This document shows, piece by piece, positions 10,241 to 22,024 of a stretch of 64,000 nt of DNA. The stretch is from Zygnema circumcarinatum SAG 698-1b (taxonomy: Eukaryota; Plantae; Zygnematophyceae), in contig CM074816.1 of the NCBI GenBank assembly GCA_037447605.1, positions 697,873 to 761,872 of the forward strand, read 5' to 3'. The number at the start of each line of letters is the position of its first letter. The first letter of the stretch is position 1. The notes beneath the pieces are model-generated. The model ran no database searches and had not been told where the DNA came from. It was given only the letters and a program-made list of their open reading frames with translations. Made by a program: the position numbers and the translations under genes.

Positions 10241-13200
10241 ATGGCGGGCCTGAGTGTGCGCCTGAGCAGCTTTGGGAGGGCGGCGCGCAGTGCCAAGCCC
10301 TCCGACTCTGCAGAGGGCGCCATGGACGACCTCTCGGACGAGGTGAGCGAGCTCTGCAGCGGCTGGAGGGAACAGAGCCTCCTGAAGGACCTGGAGACCT
10401 TCGAGCCGCAGGAGTTTCAGGCAGAAAAGTATCTTGAAACCAAATGCGGCACCATGAATGAAAAGGTGCGCGGCTGGCCGCCATGGATTGGATACTCCCG
10501 TAGACGAGCTTTGCATTTTGGAAGGCGACCGGCTGGTTTAAGCATACTGACAATGCTGAGTAGGCGACAGGGATTGTATTGCGTTAAGTGAATTTTTTGC
10601 ATAACTTGAACTTTTTTTTTTTGGTTGGTTTCTTCATCTCTTCACAACCTGCATTCTGGCACTCTCATTTTCCGTCCTACTATCCCTAACTCATGTTTGA
10701 ACATCCTGAGTTAATCCTAATTGGCATTGTTTTCTTCAGTAACTTAGTAATTTTTGTGGCTTGACTTGCGATGTGAAGATACTCCAGAGCTAGAATTGCA
10801 AATGTGGAGCGTTTGCATTGATTTTTTATTCTTGCAGGTCGTACATAGCCTGCATAAGAAAACTTTTCCAGTCTATGATTAGATCAGACATTTTTTTAAG
10901 TCCACAGTTTATTCGAAGAACAGGTCACACTTTCCAGCTTTCAGTATCACTTCGTCAACGAAAGTTCAAAGCTGCTTTGTGCTTACACGAAAGGAATTTT
11001 TTGTCTTTATCTTTTTTAGTTTGACCATAGATTTTGTCCTGGAATTTACTCGACCCTTTATGATTCGGACCCCCTCTAACACTTTCTGGTTCCTCCCTTC
11101 TTTCAGTGATGAATTCTCCGGCCAATCATGATCTGCATAGCATTTCTTCCATTGTTGATTAGACCAATTAAATTGAGGAAACGATGTGACCTTTGTACCA
11201 TGATGTTTATTTATTTCTTAGGAACAGAAACTGAATACTTGGTGCTTAATGACGGCGAATAAGTAGATGTTTTGAAGGAATAGTTTTTCGGTGCTGATTT
11301 TTCCCAGAGTTACACTTAATTCATTCATTCTGGTAACTGGATTCACCTCTAAAGACCCATTAGTTACATTGAAACGGAAGCATGACTGGTTGTCATGCAG
11401 GCTCTGAAGCGATTGGGTGCACAACTGAAGCAGCACTCTCAGTTATCGTTGGAAGACATGAGGGCCACTGTGTTTGCAAACTATGCCGCCTTCATCAGGT
11501 GGGATTATAAAGCTGCGTTGTCATGCGCAAAGTTTCGTTAAAAAATGTCTACATGTTAGAAGTTATTGCACGGTTCTAATACATCCAAACCTAACCTTAT
11601 GCGTGTTTGACATATCGGATTGTTGCCCCTAGAAAGCTTACGACTACAAGCCCTTCATTTAGATGCAATTCAACCCCCCTCTTAGGACTCTCATCTAAGC
11701 ACATGGTGCCGCAGAACCTCCAAGGAGATATCAGACCTTGAGGGCGAACTCCGTGAGATGCGCTGTCTGCTAAACCTTCAAGCAGCTCTCATTCAGAGCT
11801 TAGCGGAGACCTCACAGCCTCCGCAAAGTATTGGTGACGATGCTGAATCCGAACCTTTGTGGGAGGACGAACCCGAGCTTCGGGATGTGGAGGTTGCAGC
11901 ACAGGCATTGCCTGATAAACTCGACATGTTGATTGCGGAAAGGAAGATCACAGAGGCAATATGCTTGTTAGAAGAAGGGCAGGAGATGGTGGTAGTGGGG
12001 AGACTTGAGGAGGGAGACGCGGAAAATAGGTTAACTATAAAGCAGGCAGAAGAGTTAGGGCAGGAATTAGCAATACGAAGAAGGGGCTTGGAGGAACAGC
12101 TCGCAGAATCAGCAAAACAGCCGTCAGTAAGAGGGGAGGAGTTACGAACAGTACTTTTGGCTCTTTGTAGATTAGGAGATCGGCAACGAGCCCATACACT
12201 TTTGCTAAACTCCCATGTCAATCGACTAAAGGCACAGGCCAGTTCCCTTAGACCTAATTCAACATCCTTTGGAGGAGCGTACACTGCTGCACTTGCACAA
12301 GCAGTCTTCTCCACCATTTCCCAAGCTGCACGAGATTCAGTAGCTATATGTAGCAGTGCACCTGAGTTTGCCTCAGAGCTTGTTTTGTGGGCACAAAAAG
12401 TAACTGAGTGGTTTGCAGAACGAATAAAGAAGTTTGCGCTAAGTTCTTCTGCAGCTGCCGGAGGTTTACATGCTGCAGCAGAGTGTGTGAGGATAGCGGT
12501 AGAGCACTGCTGCCTGCTTGAGGAACAGGGCTTCTCTCTCACTCCTGTTCTGACAAGACTTTTGCGACCTGCTATCATAGAAGCTTTAGAAGCAAACATA
12601 TTCCGTATTGAGGAAGCAACGATAGCAGCGGCTGCGTCGGACGATTGGGCTTTGTATTCATTGGCGGGAGCAAAAGGAGGAGGGAGAGAGACTAGCAGCT
12701 TGAAACTGTCAAATAGTGCCCTTCGATTGTACGACATGCTGCAGGTACGAAGAACGAAAGAAATATAAGGCAAGAGATGAATGGGAGACTGGGAAGACGC
12801 AGAAAATAGGTTTCGATTTTGCATGGCTTTTTTCAAAGTCTCTATGTTTATCTCCTCCGTTGCAGGACTTGGTTCAGGACATGGCCCCAGTTGCCAACCT
12901 GCAACTGTTGGGACCCACAATGCAGAAGATGGCAATATTGTTTGAGGAGTATGTAGAGCTGCTCAAGAGGGCGCTCCCTGCGGGAGTAGACAACGAAGAT
13001 GAGTGGCAGCAACAAGAAGTGAAAATTGCGTACGATGAAAGTCAACAACTCGCTCTTTTGGGGAATGCAGCTGCTTTAGCAGACGAACTGCTTCCCAGAC
13101 TTGCTATTCGGTTGGTTTCCATTTCAGAGGGCTTTGGGAAGGAGGTAGGAGTTTTGGGAGGTCGAAAGACTGCTCAAGGGTTGGAAGCGGAGGTGCGCCA

Positions 13201-13793
13201 AATTGGAGCCCGGTATGTGCTCGTATGACTCTTTATGGTCTTTAGGTCTTTAGGGTCGTTGACTTTCAGCGTTTGTAGGGTTCTAAGGGTTGGTTACAAA
13301 GTGTGATGGAAACTGGAGTTTGTGACGAGTTACGCGTCAGCAGGAAAAAACAATCATAAAGTCTTGGACATATGTATCCTCTTGTGATTTTGATCGACCA
13401 GAAATCATTTGAGACATAGTCTAAACGTCGCTGTGATCGTAGCTACATAATGGCCTTCTGAATTTACCGTGAAGAGAACTCTAAGCATATTGAATGTTGT
13501 ACGTGGTATATTTCTTCGCTTCCGCCTCCACCTAAACCCTTCGTCATATTGAAGTAGCTATACAGGTTGCTACCTAGCATCATAGGACGTTAATATATTA
13601 TTTGTAGACAATTTGTTTTCCGTCAAAGTGATGCCATTGCTGTCATGCATAATTCATTTTCACTTTTTCATGTGGACCTCTTCCTCTTCCTCACACACTA
13701 TTGTTTCCTTCATGGAGCAGCGGCTTCACTTCTCGTCCCTAACCTCAATTTTCAAACTGAAGCTACTCTCTCTGTTTGTGGGGTTGGTGGGTG

Positions 13794-13824
<31 letters not shown>

Positions 13825-15303
13825 CCTCTCTCTCTCTCTCTCTCCCTCTCTCTCTCTCTTCTCTCCGGGTGGGAGGGAGGTGGGGGTGATGGTTTGCGTT
13901 TGTGCAAGAAACCAAAATGAGTTGAAGGAGTGGAGGAGGAGGCTGCAGAAAGCGGTGGATAAACTGCGGGACATTCTCTGCTCCTGCTTAGTGGCGGACT
14001 TTATGTATGGCGACGATGGGCAGCCCTTGCTCACAGCGGAGGTTTACCTTCAGCTTGATGCGCAAATAGGGCCCGAAGACTGGCAGGTGCAGCCGGTCCC
14101 TTCTCCCGCCTTTCAGGTGGGTGGTAGTCTCCCACTAGGTTTGTCATAATGCCCTAATTTAGGGACCCAACCCAACATGTGACTTACAAATCATGTGTTC
14201 TTTCCTGTGTTTCACTCCTCTCATCACCGACACTTCGTAATTGATGCCGATTTTCAGCAAGCTCTCTTCCCAACTTGAACCCTTTGAAAGACGTTTGTTT
14301 GCAGGCGTTATGTGTGGCGATAAACGCAATATCTGCAACTGCTGTGGATGTGCTGGCGGAGAGAGAGAGAGTGGTGACTCTCCTTTTGATGCGGCTTGCG
14401 GAGTGGCTCATGATGGGTCTCATGGTGTATAGCGACTTTTGGGAGCAGCTTGAAGCAGCAGAATATGCGTTGGGCCCCACCGGGTTGCAGCAGGTGAGGT
14501 CCCCACCCCTCCCTCCATAGATACATGGCATTGAAACAAAAGGGCAAAAAAGTCTCTTTCTGTTTGAAATTTCCCACTCGGTCGTATTGCCTGTCTGACA
14601 TGCGGGAAGGTTTTGAGGGTTGGGTTGGGTTGGGATGCAGCTGGTATTAGATATGTATTTTGTAATGCAGATTGCAGCAAATGGCAAGTTCTCGTCACGG
14701 GCGATGCGGAAAGTTGCCCTTGACAGCATGGCCCGGGCCATCACCATGTACACAGAACAGACAGGGGATGATCCGTCCAGGTATGCCCAATACTCCCATC
14801 TAACCCTAAAGAGCTTCTATTCTCAGGTATAGTGATCGGTGCTAAGCGCATTCGTAGTGTTGGGGGGCTGCCTGGAAGGGAGGTGGGGGGGAGGGAGTGA
14901 GAGGAGCGCAGAAATTCACCCACTGCTATGTTTTAATGTGGCGATGTGGAGTAAGAATGTGAAACCGTGTGTAACATGTGCAGGACGTAAAATTAGTGTT
15001 GAAAGTAGATTTTAAGGATTCAACCATTTAAGGTTTAGGTTTGTGTAAGTGGCAAGGCTCAGGGATTCCTCTGTTTCGTGTTGTGTGGAGTAAGTTTGTG
15101 AAACTTGGAACTGTGTGTGCAGGTTGCTGCAGAGTGACGCGTGGTTTCAGGCGCGATGTCAGGAGGCCATCCACAGCTTGTTGGGCTCTCAAGCTCCGAA
15201 TGATGATGAGGAGGAGGAGGAGGAGGAGGAGGATGAAGGCGAGGAGGGCTCCCAGAGTCCGGGGGGCAGTGAAGCCCCTCACTTTGAGCAGCGCTATGCT
15301 TAG
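10241..15303 (+). CDS. EXO84: Exocyst complex component EXO84
   Basis: Exons 10241-10465 (FEPQEFQAEKYLETKC..EK), 11401-11498 (EDMRATVFANYAAFIR), 11715-12744 (TSKEISDLEGEL...AAAGGLHAAAECV), 12866-~13144, ~13909-14116, 14305-14493, 14641-14780, ~15123-15303. Motifs match plant EXO84 (YANYAAFIRTSKEIS, AAAGGLRAAAEC). Confidence 0.93.
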
Positions 15304-16605
15304 ACTCTGCTCCCTTTCTGTGTTCTCCAGCCCCTCTCATGGCCCTCTCAGACGCTCGCATGTAAATTGGTTATTGGCTGCCCTTAGAGAGGCATGAAGG
15401 TAGGGTGAAGGTCTGGGCAGTGATGAGGTTCGCATGCAGAATGTATAGTGTTCGCATAACAGGGGGGGGGGGTGGTGGGGAGGGGGGGGAAGGAGGGAGG
15501 GGAGGGGAGAGAGAACGAGAAGGAGCACGGGTGCTTTAGAGGTTCAGAAATGCAGGTGTAAGCATAGGGGTACTCGGACTTTCAGCCACGTGTCAAACAG
15601 GCATTGGCAGAAAATGTTGTTGAACATTATTTGTAAGCAAGGACATCAATATCATCATTTTGAATATCTTGAAAGCAAGATTTTTTAGGGTTTGGCTTCT
15701 GAACCTCTCTGAGGTGTGCCCATGTATATAAGGTGTGAGCATGGAGCGCAAAATTCCTCTACTTCCACCCAATTCTCGCCAGCAGCCCATGGCTGTCTTC
15801 AGCCATAAGGCGGCAGGGGCCTTCACTCACATGGAATTATTTTTTTTTTTTTTCCAACGACCAAGTACCAAACTCTAGCACCTTCCACCTTCTCCAACTT
15901 CCCAAAAAAAAAAAAAAAAAAACCCCAGACCCTTACTGTCTGCCTTTTTGCTGTGAGTACATTTCTCAGAACTAAATCCAGAGCCTTCTGTTATGGCTTT
16001 TTTACCCTTTTTCTTTCGTCTGAGAACAACGATGTTCGTCCTTGAAAAATCGACCGCCGGTGTGCACTCCACCGTTGACTTTTACCGTTGGATGTGCCAC
16101 ATCATGTACTCGTGCCAGAGCCCACGCGCGCCCTCCACCCGCTAAATGCACACGCCAAATCGCCTCGTGCAGTAGGCCGACAATGCAGGGGTGCGGGCCT
16201 AACGCTTTGGATGCCAGGACTTGCGGGCAAGGGCCCCCACCGACCTACGCGCCGCTAGCTTTTAGGGACAGACGATTGTAACACGTGGACCATTCATATC
16301 ATGCCACGTGTCACTGCTAGTGCGACAAAAACCGATTGTTCGTACAGTGTCGTGGTTGCTTCTGCAGGAAGCGACAAGTGCCAGCTGGCTTTTAGTACTG
16401 TCGGCCGGTTTGCTGCCGGCCGGCTGTCAGTTGGAATTCTGGCCGGCGAGGCCTCCCTGTACGAATTCCAGCTGCCGTACACGTCCAAGCGTTCGTACAG
16501 ATCCCACTTGCAGAGCCGCGGCTGGACGCGCGTCGCCGTCTTGGAGAGCCACGTGGCAGGGCAACGGGCAGAAAACTGGCACGTGGCGCTACCTCAGCCC
16601 CTAGG

Positions 16606-16606
<1 letters not shown>

Positions 16607-16690
<84 letters not shown>
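16607..16690. repeat. (CT)n microsatellite, about 42 units
   Basis: Uninterrupted CT run about 60 bp upstream of the ATG at 16750. Confidence 0.98.
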
Positions 16691-16692
<2 letters not shown>

Positions 16693-16749
16693 TGCCTTCT
16701 CTGACGCACTCTCCTCCTTACCTCCCTCCCGCCCGTCCCGCCAAGCGCT

Positions 16750-19700
16750 ATGCTTTCGCCCCGCGGCTCCGACCTGGACGAGCTGGAGGTGCGCCCTCCC
16801 TCCCTCCCTCTCCCTCGCTTGCCTCGCTGCGCCTCTCCCTACTCCTCCTCCCTCCGCCCCTTTGCAGCACTCCCCTTGCAGCGCTGCAGCCCAATACATG
16901 CCTCGATCAAGGTCACCCCTTCGCTTGCCAACCATGGGGCGGGCGGGCGGGAGGGTTGCAGGCGCAAGCGCGGGCATGGCTAGGGCACGTGGCGGTCCTC
17001 CCGCGGGACGTAGGGCTGGCGGAGGCTTTGGCGGGGGGGGAGGCCCTGCTTGGAGCCGCGCTGCAGCTCGCAACTATGGCGCTGCGCAGCGGGCGGGCGG
17101 ACCTGGGGGAGGCGGAAACAGGGGCGTTTCTGGCGAAGGTGCTTGAGCGGAGCGCGCTTTCTAAGGGAAAGCGAGGATCGTGGACTGCTTGGGAGAATGT
17201 GAACACCTTTTTGGAGGTGGGAAGGGGGGAGGCGGGAGAGGGGAGAGGGGAAGGGGGGGGTTGGGTATGGCTGAGCTGGAGGTGCTGTCTGCAGAGTGGC
17301 AAGTGAGTTTTCCTGGCTCGCAGATTGACTGAGGGATTTGAGTAAGTGTGGCTGAACACAAGAGGGGGTTGGCTGTGGGGATTGCCACACGTGTGCAGGT
17401 CTGTAAAGCTTTTGGGCTGCCGGATGTGGACTTGTTCTCAGTATCGGACGCGATGGAGGGGAAGAATACGAGGAGGGTCTGCCTTTGCCTGCGGGCACTG
17501 TCCCGAAAGGCGCGGGAAAAGGGACTGCCTGTAAGAGTTGGCCAGTCTTGCCTCCTCCTCCTGCTGCATGCAACTCTCACCAAACACAAGGGAAGGAAAG
17601 CTTCATGCTCTTACTCGCCAGAACTACTGCCTATCATAACATTGAAGGCGTGGCAAGGAGCGGACTTTCCTTCTCAGTCAAAGCTGGGATTTTTTTTGTG
17701 GAATTTTTCAGGTAGTCGATTTCGACAGAGTGCTGGATGCCCCCAAATCGCCACAAGTGAGCATACTCACACCATCCTCAAGCGTTTAAGAACCGATAAT
17801 ATAGACTCCATTCCAGGGAGGCTCAGTGCGGCGTTGTATGGTGTGATGGCTGTTCTTTCCTTTGGAGACTTCTCCTCTCTCATACGCAACATCTGGAAGT
17901 TTGCAGTCAGTGGGAGGCTCGTCGGGAGGGAATTCGCCACTCGGCTCCCCAACATGGCCTTCACCTGCAACAGTTATGGAGGTTAGTTGGTTGGTTGGTC
18001 GATTCTGCTCCATTCTGCTTTCACTCTGCCGATGCAACAAAGCTTTTGGGCTGTAATCTATTCACGTGATTCACGTGCCTCTAGAATGTGTGCATGTCGT
18101 CGGGTGGGGTTCGTGAGCCCTCTCGCCGTCTCTCCGTCTCTCCCTCTCTCTCTCCCTCCCTCCTCCCGCCCTCAGTACGCCCTCCCTCTCCCAAAGCTCT
18201 CTCTATGCCCTCAAAGTTGGGACTTGGTTTGTGGGGCAGCTGCTGGACATGGACGAACTCCCTCCGGGCCTGGGCGGCCGGAAAACGACAGAAATGCGCC
18301 GGATGCGGGCTGCAACCCCTCCGGTGAGTGCCACGTGGCGCCACGTGGTTTGCTGGAGAGGCTGCTTTGGAGCCGTCACACGTGTCTCTCAGCCCTGCCT
18401 TATCCTTATCCAGCGCTCATAGCTACAACATGCATTATTTTTGTTTTTATGAGAAGACTATGTCCAGGAGTCAAGGAGAACCTTCTTATCCATGCATGCA
18501 TATGCATGCATGAAGTCAAAAAGAGGTTTGAGTCGGAATGATAATGCGGGATGCTCACCCGCACACACCACCACCACCATCACCTGTTTCTATGCTCATG
18601 AATCCCCATGCATGCAAACTGAACTGCGTGAAGGTGAAATCCTACGCAGGATTTCGATTTCCGTGGAACGCTGAAGCGCATGGAGGCAGGCTGCCCCCTG
18701 CCGGCAGAAACTGCACCGCAGAAGGTAAAGCTGCTCTTTTTCGAACTTTTTTTATGTTTGAGACCAGCCTGCTGCCCCCATTGTTTCTTTGAGGGCCAAC
18801 CTGCAAGAGGGCGGGCTTTAGTCGAGCTTTAGGTGCCAAGCATTGGCTCGGAGCCAAGCATTGGCTCGGAATCTCCCCCTCACGGTGCAGTAGAAGGGGG
18901 TGGGGTTGGCAGGCTCAAAGGAATCAGGTGACAGCTGGCATTAGGGCTGCGCTGGAAGCCATGGCGGAACTGGCAGGAGGAGAGGAGGCGGTGGAGGGGG
19001 CGGGCAGCTCCAAAGAAAGGCAGGGAGGGGCTATAGGCGGAGCCTCGAGGGTGCAGGAGAAGAGGGAGAAGGAGAAGAGGGAGAAGGAAGAGGAGAAGGA
19101 GAAGGTGAAGGAGATGGTGCAGGGGAAGAGGCAGAAGGCGGAGGAGGAGAAGGTGCAGGAGAAGAGGGAGAAGGAAGAGGAGAAGGAGAAGGTCAAGGGG
19201 ATGGTGCAGGGGAAGAGGGAGAAGGCGGAGGAGGAGAAGGTGCAGGAGAAGAGGGAGAAGGAAGAGGAGAAGGAGAAGGTCAAGGGGATGGTGCAGGGGA
19301 AGAGGGAGAAGGCGGAGGAGGAGAAGGTGCAGGAGAAGAAGGAGAAGGAAGAGGAAAAGGAGAAGGTGAAGGAGATGGTGCAGGGGAAGAGGCAGAAGGC
19401 GGAGGAGAAGGTGCAGGAGAAGGAGAAGGAAGAGGAAAAGGAGACGGTGAAGGAGATGATGCAGGGGAAGTGGGAGAAGGCGGAGGAGGAGAAGGTGCAG
19501 GAGAAAGAGAAGGAAGAGGAAAAGGAGACGGTGAAGGAGATGATGCAGGGGAAGTGGGAGAAGGCGGAGGAGGAGAAGGTGCAGGAGAAGAAGGAGAAGG
19601 CAGAGGAGAAGGAGAAGGTCAAGGAGATGGTGCAGGGGAAGAGGGAGAAGGCGAAGGAGGAGAAGGTGCAGGAGAAGAAGGAGAAGGAAGAGGAAAAGGA

Positions 19701-21483
19701 GAAGGTGAAGGAGATGGTGCAGGGGAAGAGGGAGAAGGCGGAGGAGGAGAAGGTGCAGGAGAAGAAGGAGGAGAAGGAGGAGAAGGAGGAGGTGGTGCAG
19801 GAGGAGGAGGAGAAGGACAAGGCGAAGGGCAGTGACAAGGTTTGGGGGAGGGGGGGAGGCAGCGCAAGGCCGGAGACCACTTTGCCGGTGGGAAGGTCCA
19901 CCTCTAGGTATGCAAAGTCTCCCTCTGCAGTTTCGGGAGACTTACGACTGTCAGAAGTCAACGGACTGAAGTCAAATACTGAGCGCGAAAAGCAAACAGC
20001 AGGCATCCTGCCAACGGATTCAGTAGGTCAGAGCGCAGCTGAACCTGTAAGTCCACTGAAGGAAGTTGCAGACTCTCCTTTAGAGGAGAAATCGGAGCAG
20101 CACAAAACGCCAAAGTCGGAGGCATCCCGCCTTGCCTCCCAATACCGGCAGAAGTGGCTCACACGGGTAAAGGAGGAGGGACAGAATGGGGAAACAGACG
20201 ACAGCTCCAATGAACATGTGGAGACAACAGAGAAGGAATCGGGTGTCTTGTTATCAGATTTGAAGGGAGGAGAGGAGGGCAGTGAGAGGCCTGTATCTGT
20301 CAGCGAGAGGGCATCGTTCTCAGAGTCAGAGGCAGGTTATGAGGCGAGTGGGAGCTCAAGTTTGGGCTATCCTTCTGACCAAAGAGTTGATGAATGCCCA
20401 CATACTGCAATCTCCACAGTTGCGGAACGGAAGGAGCAGCTCCAAGCTGCAGCTCATGAGGATATTCTTGGGCCACTTGATGAGATTAGGAGGCGAAAAT
20501 CGCAAGCTGATGTTGGCACTCCGAATGGGCATTCCATAGTAAGACCCGTTAGGACCCCTTCATGCTTGAGTGGCACAAAGGAGGAGGTTTTAGAGAGTGA
20601 GGGCACTGCCCTTCTTCCAGCTTCAGTTGAGGAAGACGCACAACTCGCACCAAGAAGAAAGCATTGCCACGATAGTGGAGCACTGACTGAGAGAGTCAGC
20701 TTTGAATATTGGAATGCCGATCGAGGGGGAAAACACTCTAGAAAGAACAGTTTATCACCGGGAAAGCAGTTCGAGGGAAAGGCGGGTAAAGACCACCCTG
20801 CAGCGAGCTCAGGAAACATTGTAGAACTTTCATTTCGGGCACAAATTAGAGTTGAGCCCAACGGAGCGGACTCGCGGGAGGGAGCGAAAGAGGGGCAGAC
20901 AGTTGCAGCTGAAGGAGTGGCGAGAGAGAAACCGACGGAGGGAGAGGCGCGGTTTGCAGCCCTTGTGAGAGAGTGCAGGTCGTTTGTGGCCCAGCTTGAG
21001 GCATTGGAGGAGTGGGCGGGCGGCCGGGGGGGCAGCTTGGGAGGTAGAGACCGGGGAGGAACTCAGGCAGCGGGAGAGGGAGAGGGAGTGGGAGAGGGAG
21101 AGGGAGAGGGAGAGAGCGTGGTGGCGCTGCTGGAGGAGTTTCGAGAGGTGAGGAAGCGGCTTGAAGCGGCGGAGCACAAGCTGTCTCCTTCCTCCGAAGA
21201 GGAGATCTCTCCCAGATCGCTGCTGTTTGGTTGGATTCCTCTACCAAATCATGGGAAAGGCAGACACGAAAAAATGCCTACTTGTTTCGTGGAGGGAGAT
21301 AAGGAGAAGAAGTGGAGGGGAGAGAAGGGGAAGGGGAGTGACGTGATGCATCTGAAGCAGGCGATTCATGACGTCATGGGGGGGCCGGTGGAGGGTCCGG
21401 TGAAAGAGGCCGAATTAAGGAGCAGTTTGGGGCTCATCCATGGGCCTATGGGCGGCAGGCAGCTGCTGCTCTTCGGAGCATAA
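16750..21483 (+). CDS. Calponin-homology (CH) domain protein with long E/K-rich repeat and low-complexity tail
   Basis: Exons 16750-16788, 16962-17216 (AQARAWL...WENVNTFLE), 17399-17530 (VCKAFGLPDVDLFSVSDAMEGKNTRRVCLCLRALSRKA, CH-domain C-terminal helices), 17712-17756 (VVDFDRV), less certain small exons, and a large last exon 18928-21483. Confidence 0.75.
19048..19818 (+). repeat. Coding tandem repeat, 8 x 27-29 aa (about 87 nt)
   Basis: Unit KVKEMVQGKREKAEEEKVQEKKEKEEEKE repeated 8 times in ORF 18928-21483. Confidence 0.95.
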
Positions 21484-22024
21484 AATAGCAATTATAATTA
21501 AGTGTGGAGCAGAATGATATTCGATTTCACAATCGTAGCGTTTAATTATGGAAACATATTTGCGGGTATATATATAGAGCGATCCTAACGGCGAGGCAAA
21601 AGAAAAGAAGTTTTTACTAACACTTTGTGAAATTCAAAAAAATCGTCCATTCACGAGACACGTATTGAAAAAAAATTGCAGTTTTGCGCATTTCAGTTTC
21701 CACGAATGAACTTTGGTTAAATCACTCTAAAAGTACATTGTTCAGTTAGAAAGCCATTCTCGGATGTACCTTGTCGGTGGTCTGTCTGGAACAAGTGCCC
21801 TGCCGATGATGATCCAAAAAATGAAATGTGAAATGTGCTTCACAGCTGACAGGAGGATCATATGACAGACCTGTGCAGTTCGCATCTTTCACAGCCCCCT
21901 CCACCGGTCCAACCCCGTTCTAGGACAACATCCGAAGAGAGAAACCCCCCTCAGACGACATCTACAGCTTCTGGGAAGACCCATCCGTCATCTAATTCAC
22001 TCCAAAGTCGCAGAAGAGAAGCTG

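Noticed and set aside
11793-12935. 380-aa minus-strand ORF
   Set aside because: Antisense shadow of the large EXO84 exon.
18924-20006. 360-aa F/S/C-rich minus-strand ORF
   Set aside because: Antisense of the E/K coding repeat.
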